Assembly: GCA_964396685.1 (NCBI GenBank) | Contig: CAYNFS010000001.1 | Location: forward strand, 16,638 to 80,637 | Length of the DNA: 64,000 bases | Reading direction: 5' to 3' | Source: an uncultured Candidatus Saccharibacteria bacterium | Lineage (GTDB): Bacteria > Patescibacteriota > Doudnabacteria > UBA920 > 2-01-FULL-46-14 | Part shown: positions 8,567 to 18,724 of the stretch, piece by piece | How positions within the stretch are numbered: the first letter of the stretch is position 1 | Layout of the letters: every line of letters starts with the position of its first letter | Notes under the pieces: generated by a model | What the model saw: the letters and a program-made list of their open reading frames with translations, nothing else | What the model was told of the DNA's origin: nothing | Databases searched by the model: none | Position numbers and translations under genes: made by a program

Positions 8567-9946
8567 ATGCTGCTCAACAAGCTCAAAAAAATCCTGCTTT
8601 TGGCGGGCGACATCCTCGTCCTTTACGGCTCGCTTTATCTCACTCTTTTGATTCGCTACCAGCAAATCCCGACTAGCCGTGTTTGGAATTTGCTTTTTTG
8701 GCCCTTCTCCATACTTTTTGGTTTCTGGCTCATAATTTTTTACATCAACGGGCTGTATGATATTTCCGCGAGCAAAAACGATGTGGCTTTTTACAATAAA
8801 CTTCTGCGCAACACGCTCATCAATTATGCTCTGGCAGCCGCCTATTTTTATCTTCTCACTGACAAATTTTTTAATATCAAACCGCAGACCGTATTTTTTA
8901 TTTTCATGGCCACAAACCTCGCTATCCTTTCCCTCTGGCGGTTTTGGTACAACAGCTTGGTGCAAAACCCAAATCTCCTGCGCAATATCTTGGTAATTGG
9001 GATGAAAGACGAAGCAAGAGAGCTGGTCGAGGAAATCCAGCGCAAACCCCAGCTTGGGTACAAAATTGCGGCCATCATCCACAACAGTTATAGAGGCCAA
9101 AACGATTTTCCCGGAGTTAAGATGTTTGATTCCAAAGCCGATATCAAACAAATCCTGCGTGAGCACGATATCACCACCGTGCTTACCGCTTTAGATCCCA
9201 GAAGCAACCCGACGCTTGTTAAACACCTTTACGAGAGCCTAGCGCTGAAATTGCAATTTTTTGACCTGCCGACTTTTTACGAAAAATTAACCGGCAAAAT
9301 TCCGGTAACCACCATCGGGCACATCTGGTTTCTGGAAAACTTGGCCGAGAGCGAAAAAGCGATCTATGAACTGGGCAAACGGATTTTTGACATGGTTTTT
9401 TCTACCGTCATCCTCGTCTTATCTCTGCCTTTTATCCCTCTCATCGCTTTGCTGATCAAATTAGACACTAAAGGGCCGGTATTCTTCCGGCAAATCCGCG
9501 TGGGGCTTTTGGGCAAGCCTTTTGAGGCCGTAAAGTTTCGCAGTATGATAGAGGGCGCTGAAAAAAACGGAGAGGCGCAGTGGGCCTCAAAAAACGATCC
9601 TCGCGTCACCAAAATCGGCCGATTTTTGCGCAAGACCAGAATTGACGAAATCCCCCAGCTTTTGAATGTTTTCCGCGGCGAAATGTCGCTAATTGGCCCG
9701 AGACCCGAGCGCCCCGAATTTGTCGCAAAGCTTCTGGAGCTAATTCCTTTTTACAATGAGCGGCATTTGGTCAAACCGGGGCTTACCGGCTGGGCGCAAA
9801 TCAGCTTCCAGTATGGCTCATCCACGGGAGATGCTTTGAAAAAACTCCAATACGATCTTTTTTACATCAAAAACCGCTCGCTTCCCCTGGACATCGGGAT
9901 TGTTCTCAAAACTATTAACATCATCCTTTCAGGAAAAGGGCAGTAA
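8567..9946 (+). CDS. Initiating undecaprenyl-phosphate phosphoglycosyltransferase (WcaJ/WbaP family)
   Basis: N-terminal TMs, CoA-binding-like domain, KRIFD, KFRSM, DPRVTKIGRFLRKTRIDEIPQL, GPRPERP and KPGLTGWAQ. Confidence 0.95.
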   Translation: MLLNKLKKILLLAGDILVLYGSLYLTLLIRYQQIPTSRVWNLLFWPFSILFGFWLIIFYINGLYDISASKNDVAFYNKLLRNTLINYALAAAYFYLLTDKFFNIKPQTVFFIFMATNLAILSLWRFWYNSLVQNPNLLRNILVIGMKDEARELVEEIQRKPQLGYKIAAIIHNSYRGQNDFPGVKMFDSKADIKQILREHDITTVLTALDPRSNPTLVKHLYESLALKLQFFDLPTFYEKLTGKIPVTTIGHIWFLENLAESEKAIYELGKRIFDMVFSTVILVLSLPFIPLIALLIKLDTKGPVFFRQIRVGLLGKPFEAVKFRSMIEGAEKNGEAQWASKNDPRVTKIGRFLRKTRIDEIPQLLNVFRGEMSLIGPRPERPEFVAKLLELIPFYNERHLVKPGLTGWAQISFQYGSSTGDALKKLQYDLFYIKNRSLPLDIGIVLKTINIILSGKGQ

Positions 9947-10016
9947 TCTTGATTTAAAACGCACGGGACGCTGCTCCCCGTCCGCCAGAGACACTTCATG
10001 GTTCCCGGCGGCTTTT

Positions 10017-10949
10017 TTATGAAAAGGCACTAATCTTATATTTATCCATTACCTGACGCACTAGCTCCAAAGTCAATTCATCGACAATCTGGGCGAGCTT
10101 GTCCGTGAGATTATTCTTCCAATCTCCAACGATGCCCTTGCGGTAATGACTGCCGATTGACTGCTCACCCGGGCGCCGGGGTCTGCCGCCCGAATCAACC
10201 TCTGTCAAACGCTCGAACGAGGCTTCGTTAATCATGTTTTGAATAATCTCGTCACTGTATTTGACTCCCAAATAATCCAGCAGACTCTTTACCGCCTTTC
10301 TGGGATGCTGGTGCAATGCTTCATAAGTCAGACAGTGTATCCCTCCCTCATAAGCCAATAACGATCGAAATTCGGGCTGAATTGTGCCGCGACAATACTC
10401 CTCCACAAACCCGTCTCTAATCGGCTCCTCGGGCGATTTGCGTCCCTTTCGGATGAGATTGAAATGCCAGGAAACCACGACGTCTTTCGGATCGCGGAAA
10501 ATGCAAATCTTTTTTATGTTCGGATAAAAACTATCAATGAAGTCAAGGTGAAAAACATACAGAGGCGTGTCTTCCCCGACCAGCAGTTTGTTTCCCCTCA
10601 TCTTTTCGCACAACTCTTCGTACCTTGCCAAAAAATTTCTATAAACTTCTTCTCGAGGCAGCCGGTCTTTGAGGGGAACCAAGTCAGCAAAGATGCCGTG
10701 CACTTGCGTCAGAAAATTTTCCATCGGCCTGGTAAAAGATTTATCAACGTCGGGTTCAAGACTGGCAAGCGTGTTAAATAAGTGGACCTCGCCGATTCGT
10801 TTCATATCGGACTCTGGATTTTCCGAACGAAAAGGAAGCGCAGGAAAACAGGCAATCTCGGGATGAGAGTTCAAAAGGGCTGAAACCCAGTGGGTTCCGC
10901 TGCGCTGCATGCCGACAATGAGGAAATCTGGTTTGTGCTTTCGCTTCAT
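10017..10949 (-). CDS. Sulfotransferase domain protein
   Basis: 5'-PSB motif IVGMQRSGTHW, 3'-PB motif RDPKDVVVS and C-terminal RKGIVGDWKN. Confidence 0.92.
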   Translation of the reverse strand: MKRKHKPDFLIVGMQRSGTHWVSALLNSHPEIACFPALPFRSENPESDMKRIGEVHLFNTLASLEPDVDKSFTRPMENFLTQVHGIFADLVPLKDRLPREEVYRNFLARYEELCEKMRGNKLLVGEDTPLYVFHLDFIDSFYPNIKKICIFRDPKDVVVSWHFNLIRKGRKSPEEPIRDGFVEEYCRGTIQPEFRSLLAYEGGIHCLTYEALHQHPRKAVKSLLDYLGVKYSDEIIQNMINEASFERLTEVDSGGRPRRPGEQSIGSHYRKGIVGDWKNNLTDKLAQIVDELTLELVRQVMDKYKISAFS

Positions 10950-10954
10950 AAAAT

Positions 10955-12019
10955 TTACTCAATCGTGATTACTCGCCCCTTTTCGCGTGATAAATGGGCA
11001 GCCTGAATAACCTTCATAGTATCGAGTCCCCGCTGAAACGATATAGGGCTGTCTTCTGCCTTGATTTTCCCTTCCAAAATCTCCCGGATATGCAAAATCT
11101 CTTCGTAGAAATCATCCGGTCTTGTCTTCTCAATTCTGACTTCGCTCGTAGGCTGTCCCACTCGCCCGAAACGCAACAAATCCCCTTTGTCCCAGCCGTT
11201 TATTAAAATCTCCGCAAAACCCTCTTCACACTGTATTCGCAGCCATTTTTTGTCTGGCTTTGCAATCACGTCCTGGGCGACGCGACCGACAAATCCATCC
11301 TCCGTCGTCAAATTCAAAAAACAAGATTGGTCGTAATCAACCTTGTCGTTTCTCACCATCTGCATCGCCGCAGAGACTTGCCTGACCTTCCCGAATCCCA
11401 AAAAGTGAGCAAAATGCTGCCAAAGATTGGCGGCGTGCGAGTGTTCACCGGAAGCGCCGCCACCTTTCTTCCAAAATCCCAAATAAGTATCATGCGGTCC
11501 GGCAAGCCAAGGGTGAACCGCAAAAATCCCCTGCCAATTCTGGCGAAACTCCACATCCAACGCCTGCGGTCTGCCAAACGGCCTATCCGACAGAACCTCC
11601 TCGGCTTTTTTGACCACCCTGCTCACCGCATGATCATATCCCACAACCACAGCGGTTCGACTCTTTTTAAGTTTTTTTTGAAACTCCGCTACGCCTTCAA
11701 GCGAAGGCGGGCACAAGGGTTTTTCCAGCAACAAAACTTTGGGGTCTTCGTCGAGAACGAAATCTGCCAAGGACATACGAACGTGCGGCGGAGTTCCCAG
11801 CATAATCACTTCAAAACCCCCTTTTGGCTCTTCGCCGAATTTATAAAGCTCGATACTTTCGTCCCAACTACCGTAGCGATTGGGATAAATTTCCTCTCGC
11901 ATCCGCCGCAATGCGCTCTTGTCGGGGTCCACCACCGTAACACCCCACCCCTCCCGTCTCGCCGCTTGCGCCAAATGATTGCCGATCGACCCAGCGCCGT
12001 AGATTTTTGCCTTAATCAT
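10955..12019 (-). CDS. Gfo/Idh/MocA oxidoreductase
   Basis: IYGAGSIG, LLEKP and GGGASGEHSH. Confidence 0.9.
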   Translation of the reverse strand: MIKAKIYGAGSIGNHLAQAARREGWGVTVVDPDKSALRRMREEIYPNRYGSWDESIELYKFGEEPKGGFEVIMLGTPPHVRMSLADFVLDEDPKVLLLEKPLCPPSLEGVAEFQKKLKKSRTAVVVGYDHAVSRVVKKAEEVLSDRPFGRPQALDVEFRQNWQGIFAVHPWLAGPHDTYLGFWKKGGGASGEHSHAANLWQHFAHFLGFGKVRQVSAAMQMVRNDKVDYDQSCFLNLTTEDGFVGRVAQDVIAKPDKKWLRIQCEEGFAEILINGWDKGDLLRFGRVGQPTSEVRIEKTRPDDFYEEILHIREILEGKIKAEDSPISFQRGLDTMKVIQAAHLSREKGRVITIE

Positions 12020-12660
12020 AGACTTTTTATTTTCGCCAAAGTTAATTGCTTGAATCCGTCAATAACCAAGTCTGCTTTGCCCAGGCGGTCCCGGCCGGTG
12101 GTAAAAGTTACAGCGATGCATTTCATCCCTGCCCTTTTAGCCGCTTTGACACCGACCTCGCTGTCTTCCACCACAACACATTCTTCCGGACTTATTTTTA
12201 ACTGCGAGGCGCTTTTCAAATATATGCCGGGGTCAGGCTTCTTTTTTTCAATATCTTCCTGCGTCAAGACTAAATCAAAGTATTTCTCCAAATCAAAACG
12301 CTTGAGAATTATTGCAGTCGAGCGGCGGTCGGAACTGGTAGCCAAACCCAGACGCTCACCCTCCCCGTGGAGCTTTTCAAGCAATTCGGCGGCATCAGAA
12401 AATATCCCGAAAGGCACTTCGTCCAAGATCCGGTAATAAGCCTCTCTTTTTTCGCGGATAATCTCTGCCACGTCGCCGTTAAATCCGTATTTTTTCAGAA
12501 AAAATTCAACAGCCGGGATTTCGTGCTTTCCCAAACGCTCTGGATCGTCTTGCAAAATGACATCGAAACGGTTTTTGAATACCTCCTGATAGGCCTGAAA
12601 CTTCAGCGGTTCGGTATCTACCAATACGCCATCCATATCAAAAATTACTGCCCGAATCAT
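12016..12660 (-). CDS. HAD-family phosphatase
   Basis: IFDMDGVLVDT, KKKPDP and VEDSEVGVKAA. Confidence 0.93.
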   Translation of the reverse strand: MIRAVIFDMDGVLVDTEPLKFQAYQEVFKNRFDVILQDDPERLGKHEIPAVEFFLKKYGFNGDVAEIIREKREAYYRILDEVPFGIFSDAAELLEKLHGEGERLGLATSSDRRSTAIILKRFDLEKYFDLVLTQEDIEKKKPDPGIYLKSASQLKISPEECVVVEDSEVGVKAAKRAGMKCIAVTFTTGRDRLGKADLVIDGFKQLTLAKIKSL

Positions 12661-14234
12661 AATAGTTCGATGGTTAGTTTTTGTTTTTCATCCAAGTCAT
12701 CAAACTGATGCCGGCCCCAGTTGATAAGCGACGTCTTTCGTTCTGCCAGTGGTTCTTTGTTAATATCCTTATCTGCATAAAACGAATCATTGTGCCAATG
12801 GGTTGTGGAGATTTCTTCGAAAATCGCTCCCTCGGGCGCGAAAAAACCGTGCCACACGCCACGGGGAATAAGCAGAGTATCGCCTGGATAAACCATGCGC
12901 GTGCGCCCTTCGATCTCCGCGTGCAAAACGCCGCTTAACACCTGAAACGTCTCTTCTTTTTTCTTATGATAATGAATGGGGTGAGCCTGCCCGGGAAGCA
13001 TGACGATGATTTTCTTGCAGTACTCACGATTAATGCATTCGATCAAAAACGCCCCGACTTCAAAAAATTTCTCCAGACCGTAATGATGCGACAATTCCAC
13101 GTTAGAGTCGTAATTTACGAAGATACGAGCGCTGTTGAGCATGCCCTTAACCTCGCGAATTGCCCGATAGACAGTATCCTTTTTGGAAAAATTGCGGGAC
13201 TGCAAACCTGCGGAGAGCGGCTCTAGCGCGGCGTAGTCGCGATCGACCACCAAATCTTCTTGCCATTCCCCGCTTTTCAGTTGGCCGGGCTGCAAAGGTA
13301 GGGCGAAGAAAACGTCGGGACGCAAAATGGCGGCCCCTTGTCTTAAAAACCGGCTCGCGTAAACCCCCCGCTGGAACTGACGCAAACTCTTCTCCTCTTC
13401 CACGGAATCGGAAAATGTTGACGTCTCTGGCCGGCCAGCCATGCTTACGGCCTGCTGATAGGCGACGAGCCAGTTTCTTATTTGTTCGGGGCGCGAGGAA
13501 TAGGCGTTGAGTTTTACGCTCTCCAACTCTACTCCAATGTGTCTTTCAAAAATTCTGGCTCCTTTGGAGAAAGCAATCTTTATCGCGTCCACATTGTTTG
13601 GATCCTCATGGGTTGAAAATCCTACGGTTAACTGCGGATAACGGTTTTTCAAAACGGCAATGCGCTCCAAATTCAATTTGTCGCTTGGTGTGGGATAAAT
13701 CGAAACGCAGTGCTCTAAAGCGAACTCCGTGCCCCGGTGTTCAAAAAAACTGACAATTTTATCAACCTCGTTGATTGACAGCCCCGCCGTGGAGCAAATA
13801 ACCGGTTTCCCAGTCTCCGCTATTTTCTCCAAAAGCGGCCAATCAGTTGCGCCACTGCTTGCCACCTTAATCACTTCTATTCCAAGTTTTTCCAAAAGTT
13901 CCACCGACTGTTCGTCGGAAGGTGTTGCCATAGTGACCAGCCCCGCCTCCTTGATGTCTCTGACCAAAATCGCGTAGTGCTCGGGACGAAGTCTGTTGGC
14001 CAAAAAATATGAAATATATTGATATTCGGAATTTCGCCTGTGGTACGGATGAATCAAGGCCTCAAGATCTCGGAACTGAAACTTAATCGCTGCTCTGACC
14101 CCGGCTTCCTTCGCCACCCATGCAAACTCGCGCACAATCAAACGCCCCAATTCCAAACTCCCCTTGTGGTTGTTGGCCATGTCAAAAATAAACAGGCCGT
14201 CAAACTCAAATGATTTTTTCTTTAGAGGAAACAT
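12657..14234 (-). CDS. NeuB-family ulosonic acid synthase with SAF and C-terminal cupin domains
   Basis: DMANNHKG, IKFQ, HCVSIYP, GFSTHE and FERH; C-terminal cupin HPIHYHKKKEETF..GVWHGF. Confidence 0.9.
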   Translation of the reverse strand: MFPLKKKSFEFDGLFIFDMANNHKGSLELGRLIVREFAWVAKEAGVRAAIKFQFRDLEALIHPYHRRNSEYQYISYFLANRLRPEHYAILVRDIKEAGLVTMATPSDEQSVELLEKLGIEVIKVASSGATDWPLLEKIAETGKPVICSTAGLSINEVDKIVSFFEHRGTEFALEHCVSIYPTPSDKLNLERIAVLKNRYPQLTVGFSTHEDPNNVDAIKIAFSKGARIFERHIGVELESVKLNAYSSRPEQIRNWLVAYQQAVSMAGRPETSTFSDSVEEEKSLRQFQRGVYASRFLRQGAAILRPDVFFALPLQPGQLKSGEWQEDLVVDRDYAALEPLSAGLQSRNFSKKDTVYRAIREVKGMLNSARIFVNYDSNVELSHHYGLEKFFEVGAFLIECINREYCKKIIVMLPGQAHPIHYHKKKEETFQVLSGVLHAEIEGRTRMVYPGDTLLIPRGVWHGFFAPEGAIFEEISTTHWHNDSFYADKDINKEPLAERKTSLINWGRHQFDDLDEKQKLTIELL

Positions 14235-14275
14235 AGCTCATCTTATTAAATCAACTTCTCATTCTAACAATATGT

Positions 14276-15025
14276 TCAACGCAAGTCAAGCCTGCGCTTA
14301 AGCAATATTTCAGCCAACAGAAAATCGATCTCGTTGTCAAGATTTACTGAATCCTCTGACTTCATATAAAAATAGGCTATTTTCTCCCCTGAGGTTGATT
14401 TCAGTTTGCGGATAGTCCTAAGCCACATCACATCCATTGCTCCCGTGTGAATATAAACTTCGGGGAGCGCTTGTCTCGACGAGTTGTAAGGTTCCTTCAT
14501 CTTCGTAAAATCCCGAGGCAAAAACGGCTGGAGCCATTGGCCGTCCTTCGATATCTTCCACATTTTGTAAGGATGCTTCGGCGACTCAATAATCGGGCGA
14601 ACAGAATGAGCACCCGGAGTGTCAATGAGTTTCTGAATTCCTTCATCAATATGCGCTGCCGTGCGCAGGGGCGAAGTCGGCGGCAGGCGCAAAACGATGT
14701 CCGGTTCGTAATTCTCCTTTGCTTTGAGCCAATCCAAAGCATGCCGTAAAAACTCCTCTCCCAAAGAAAGATCCCCGGAAATATCTGCCGGACGCAGAAA
14801 AGGAACCTCGGCTCCGTAACGCCTCGCTACGTCGGCAATTTCCTCGCTGTCCGTGGAAACAATCGTGCGCGTTAAGAGTTTCGATTTTTTTGCCTCCTCA
14901 ATGGTCCATGCAATAAGCGGTTTCCCCAAAAGCGGTTTGATGTTCTTTTTGGGTATAGATTTTGACCCTTCTCTGGCACCAATGACCGCCAGGGCTTCAT
15001 ACGACTTGTTGGCTGACTTTGGCAT
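14276..15025 (-). CDS. Acylneuraminate cytidylyltransferase (NeuA family)
   Basis: GAREGSKSIPKKNI, VSTDSEEI, EVPFLRP and PTSPLR. Confidence 0.93.
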   Translation of the reverse strand: MPKSANKSYEALAVIGAREGSKSIPKKNIKPLLGKPLIAWTIEEAKKSKLLTRTIVSTDSEEIADVARRYGAEVPFLRPADISGDLSLGEEFLRHALDWLKAKENYEPDIVLRLPPTSPLRTAAHIDEGIQKLIDTPGAHSVRPIIESPKHPYKMWKISKDGQWLQPFLPRDFTKMKEPYNSSRQALPEVYIHTGAMDVMWLRTIRKLKSTSGEKIAYFYMKSEDSVNLDNEIDFLLAEILLKRRLDLR

Positions 15026-15034
15026 ATCGGCTCC

Positions 15035-15751
15035 TTATTCGTGCATTAACAACTTAATTCTGCGAAAACGATAAGCGAAAAAATTTCTCACAGTTTGCCA
15101 TTCAACTACTTCCCAGAACAAATAATTCAGCAATCTTAATAGACGGGAAGCACTCGGATGACATTGTATCAAAACTCCCCCGTTTAAAACCTCCCCTTGA
15201 TACTGCGTATCGGCATGGCGCTCAAGTGAATAGCCGTACTTTCCGGCCAGGGCCTTGCGAGCCCAATTTCGCTGGATGTGCCGGTGTCCTTCGATATAAA
15301 CAAACCTGACGCTTTTTAAATAACAAAGGTAATGCCAAACGGCATCATTGAACCCGTGACTTGGATCGTCCTCTCCCTTTCTGGCTTGTCCGCCGTCGAC
15401 TACCACCAAATCATACTCTCGCAACGGGGGAAGCATTCGGTAATCTTTGAGAATTTGAAACCGGCCACTAAACTCTTTGAGGTTTTCCGCGAGCTTTTCC
15501 GCAAAATACTGGTCATGCTCATATACGTCCAGTTTGGCTTGCGAATGTTTGAGCACCAAGTAGCTGATGGTCCCCAAACCTCCGCCGAGTTCCAAGACAC
15601 GCTCTGGGTGCTGCTTGCGGCAAAGCTCTAATAAAACGTGCAAAGTTGCGGGTTTGGCGATATGTTCGGAACGCGGAAACTGTCTAAACCGCTCGTATAC
15701 CGCGATGGCTTCTGGGTCAAAGTCAATCAACTTAATTTTTCGAATTGGCAT
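15035..15751 (-). CDS. Putative SAM-dependent methyltransferase
   Basis: VLELGGGLG motif I and YDLVVVDG. Confidence 0.7.
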   Translation of the reverse strand: MPIRKIKLIDFDPEAIAVYERFRQFPRSEHIAKPATLHVLLELCRKQHPERVLELGGGLGTISYLVLKHSQAKLDVYEHDQYFAEKLAENLKEFSGRFQILKDYRMLPPLREYDLVVVDGGQARKGEDDPSHGFNDAVWHYLCYLKSVRFVYIEGHRHIQRNWARKALAGKYGYSLERHADTQYQGEVLNGGVLIQCHPSASRLLRLLNYLFWEVVEWQTVRNFFAYRFRRIKLLMHE

Positions 15752-17054
15752 GGGCAAACTCCCTAATGGTATTGATAATTTCCGCCTCCGCACGAATACT
15801 GGCTTGACCGTCAGGCGTATGAATCAAATATGTCAGAAACTCATCGCGGCGTTGTTTATCAGTTTGAATAAAATGCCGCTCTGGATTATCCAAAAGTTTT
15901 TCCAGCTCCCGTTCGGTCTTGGCATAAGAAACCAGCTCTGGATAGTGGGTAAAATAATCCCAAGGTTTTGCCGGAATCAAATCGCCGAAATAAGGAGAAA
16001 TTACCAATCGATTGGCCAGGAGTCCTTCGATTAAAGTTGTGGAAAGGTAACCCAAAACCGCAAAAGACGATTCAATGCACTCCCGAGGACTCGGGGCGCT
16101 GGTGATGGTGAGGTTTGGGATCGAGCGGCTAAAATTTTCGCGCTTAATCTTCTGAACATAGTCGAGATAAAAGCCTGCGGCTTTGGTTTTTATCACCACG
16201 CTGATCTCGGGATGTTTGAGGGCATAGTTCATTACCCAGAGATGGAAGTCTTCCGCTCGTCTCTCCCCCAGCTTAATCGTTTCCGGATCGGAAACAAAAC
16301 GCGGCAGACGATGCTTGACATAAAAAGAGAAAAGCACAATTTGCTTCGTTGGAGTCGACCCGCGGGTCTGAAAATAATAATCCAACCGCGGCACGCCGAC
16401 TATTTTTATCTGCTCTTTTGCCAAACCTTTGACTTTGCCGAGCAACGCTCCCAGAATCTTTTCGTTATAGGCCAAAAATTTGTGGCCGACGAACCGCCGA
16501 TTGACATACATGTCCTCCGCCCCTTCAAAAATACCCGCCGACAAGCCTTCTTTATGCAAAACCAGAAAAGGAATATTATCCTCCACACAAACTTTGGCCA
16601 GCTCCTGCTGAACAAGATAACCAAAATTTCCGGAAATGACTGCGTCGATTTTTAAATATCTGCGCAGATACGGAAACATCTTTTTAAGATACAGATAATA
16701 ACGCCGTTTCCCCTCTCGGCCGTGATCGGTGATATGGTAATTTGCTTCGGTCCATCCGGCTCTTTCATCATGATGCGTAAAGTGTTTATAAATAATCGCC
16801 CAGTAACTTTTGTGAACAGAAACATAATTAAGCTTGCCGCTAAACTCGGCCATGGCGCTGATGTCATCGTAAAAAATGCTTCGTCCTAAAACCAAAGCCG
16901 TGTAGTGACTGCCCCGGTCGATTTTTCCGGAAATCAAAGCCAGTACGGCAGCGGTCAGGCGGGGACTGTGAACATAAACACTGCCCTTGATCAGCAGCGG
17001 AAAAAACACCGCTCTCAATTTTACGATAATTTTTCTGCCAAGATCATTTGTCAT
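15732..17054 (-). CDS. Putative GT-B glycosyl/ulosonyl transferase
   Basis: VLHKEG, VGVPRLD, VVIKTK and STTLIEGLL patterns; ATGA overlap with the upstream GT2. Confidence 0.6.
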   Translation of the reverse strand: MTNDLGRKIIVKLRAVFFPLLIKGSVYVHSPRLTAAVLALISGKIDRGSHYTALVLGRSIFYDDISAMAEFSGKLNYVSVHKSYWAIIYKHFTHHDERAGWTEANYHITDHGREGKRRYYLYLKKMFPYLRRYLKIDAVISGNFGYLVQQELAKVCVEDNIPFLVLHKEGLSAGIFEGAEDMYVNRRFVGHKFLAYNEKILGALLGKVKGLAKEQIKIVGVPRLDYYFQTRGSTPTKQIVLFSFYVKHRLPRFVSDPETIKLGERRAEDFHLWVMNYALKHPEISVVIKTKAAGFYLDYVQKIKRENFSRSIPNLTITSAPSPRECIESSFAVLGYLSTTLIEGLLANRLVISPYFGDLIPAKPWDYFTHYPELVSYAKTERELEKLLDNPERHFIQTDKQRRDEFLTYLIHTPDGQASIRAEAEIINTIREFAHANSKN

Positions 17055-17857
17055 ATTCGATTCCAAAATCGGGCAATCCGAAACAGCGCTGCCCAATAAT
17101 ATCTCGAAAGTCTTTGAAAACGGTTGCCGGCCTCAAGGCTGTATTTCGCGATTTTCCACCGGTTGAAAAAATACTGTTCATGGTTCATTAAGAAACGGTA
17201 CTTGTGGGTAAACTGAAAGACTCCTTCCGCCAATGTCGCTTGATTGGTCAGCCTTTTGCCTTCCTGCGTCCCGTCAATTACCATATTGGCGGGAAGGACC
17301 GCGACTTCCTTCCCGAGGCGCAAAACCTCCAACACCAAGGCTTTATCCTCGGACGGCGGCAGTTTGGGATCATAACCTCGAACATGAAAGAATAGATCTT
17401 TGGAAATAACGATATTCGGTCCGCCGGCTCCTGGATTTGACACCAAAAGCACCTCCATCTTCACCCGACCCGTTGGGATTTTCCAAGGCAAAAGTTTGCC
17501 GTCTTTTTCTATATACACTCCGCTTAAAACGCATTCGGCGCCCTTCTCCAATTCTCTTGAAACATTTTCGAGATATTTCTCATTCCACTGGTTGTCATCG
17601 TCCAAAAAGGCGAGGTACTCACCCTTCGCTACGTATGCTCCGAAATTCCTCGCTTGCGCCGCACCGGCATAAGGCATGATCTCAAGAACCTTAACCCTAC
17701 TGCCAATCTCTTCCAAAAGCTCAACTTTGCCCCGGCCGTTGTTAACCACAATAATTTCGTGCGGCTGATATGTTTGCTTTAAGACAGTGCTAATAGCTCT
17801 CAAAAGCAACTCAGGCCGGTCGCAGGTTGGAATAATACAGCTGATCATTAGATTCAT
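17051..17857 (-). CDS. GT2 glycosyltransferase
   Basis: ISCIIPTCDR, ARNFG, AFLDDD and SED. Confidence 0.93.
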   Translation of the reverse strand: MNLMISCIIPTCDRPELLLRAISTVLKQTYQPHEIIVVNNGRGKVELLEEIGSRVKVLEIMPYAGAAQARNFGAYVAKGEYLAFLDDDNQWNEKYLENVSRELEKGAECVLSGVYIEKDGKLLPWKIPTGRVKMEVLLVSNPGAGGPNIVISKDLFFHVRGYDPKLPPSEDKALVLEVLRLGKEVAVLPANMVIDGTQEGKRLTNQATLAEGVFQFTHKYRFLMNHEQYFFNRWKIAKYSLEAGNRFQRLSRYYWAALFRIARFWNRI

Positions 17858-17885
17858 ACCTACCCCATTGCTGTCCAGTTGGACT

Positions 17886-18695
17886 TTAATTCATAAAAGC
17901 ATGTTGCATTATAAAAGCCTTGCTGGCGCTACCCGGAAGCGAAAATATTTCAAGAACGCTAAATCCGTTTTCCTCTGCCGTTTTAATCATCATTTCTTCA
18001 TTTTGCCATCTTGTATTGACAGCAAATATAAGTTTAGCTTGTCTGTATCTTTCCGGTAACTCCCTAAGAGCCCGCACTATCAATTCTCTTCCGGTTGGTC
18101 CGCCATCGGCCGGACGGCCAAAAAGAACTTTTTCCTTAACTGCTGCACTCGGTACGTAAGGAGGATTCCAGGTGATATAATCTGGTTTTTCTGGTAATTT
18201 ATCACTATCGGAAAAAGGGTGATAAATATCAGAATGTATAAATCTCACATTGGCTTTATTAGCTTTAGCCGTTATTTTACTGCTAGCAATATATGGTTTA
18301 TGTATCTCTAAAACAGTCACCGGCATATTCTTTTCGATACTTAAGACGCAAGCTTCGGTCGCAAAGGGCCCAGATCCTATCGCCAATACAGTACTTGTGG
18401 GGTCAATGTATTTAAGCATCGCGGCCATAAGTACCGGCGTGGAATTATCCCACGCACCTTGTCCTTTCAAATCTGGGTCCAAAAAGGGATTTATATCTAA
18501 TCCGAATACTGCTTTTGCAAATGACGCGGAATGGCGCATCCGGGTTATATCTGCCGTAAAACCAAACTTGCTATAAAAATTGCTAAGTTGTGCCGCAAAG
18601 ATTTTTAGACACTCTTCCCTGTTGCGACCTTTTTTTACAGCATTCAAAATAATCTTGAAAGGCGCTTCCTCTTCCTTAATGGAACGGTAAATCAT
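17886..18695 (-). CDS. HemK/PrmC-like N-methyltransferase (NPPY)
   Basis: IGSGP, ITWNPPYVP and DGGPTG; visibly more AT-rich than its neighbours. Confidence 0.75.
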   Translation of the reverse strand: MIYRSIKEEEAPFKIILNAVKKGRNREECLKIFAAQLSNFYSKFGFTADITRMRHSASFAKAVFGLDINPFLDPDLKGQGAWDNSTPVLMAAMLKYIDPTSTVLAIGSGPFATEACVLSIEKNMPVTVLEIHKPYIASSKITAKANKANVRFIHSDIYHPFSDSDKLPEKPDYITWNPPYVPSAAVKEKVLFGRPADGGPTGRELIVRALRELPERYRQAKLIFAVNTRWQNEEMMIKTAEENGFSVLEIFSLPGSASKAFIMQHAFMN

Positions 18696-18724
18696 CTATA
18701 TCTTCTCCTTAATTAAGTTTAGAA

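Noticed and set aside
9963-10018. Structured RNA between convergent genes
   Set aside because: Only weak hairpins before a T run; at most a terminator.
11327-12436. 369-aa plus-strand ORF and other long antisense ORFs (e.g. 284-874, 55726-56367)
   Set aside because: They are shadows of well-supported minus-strand genes and have no recognisable motifs.
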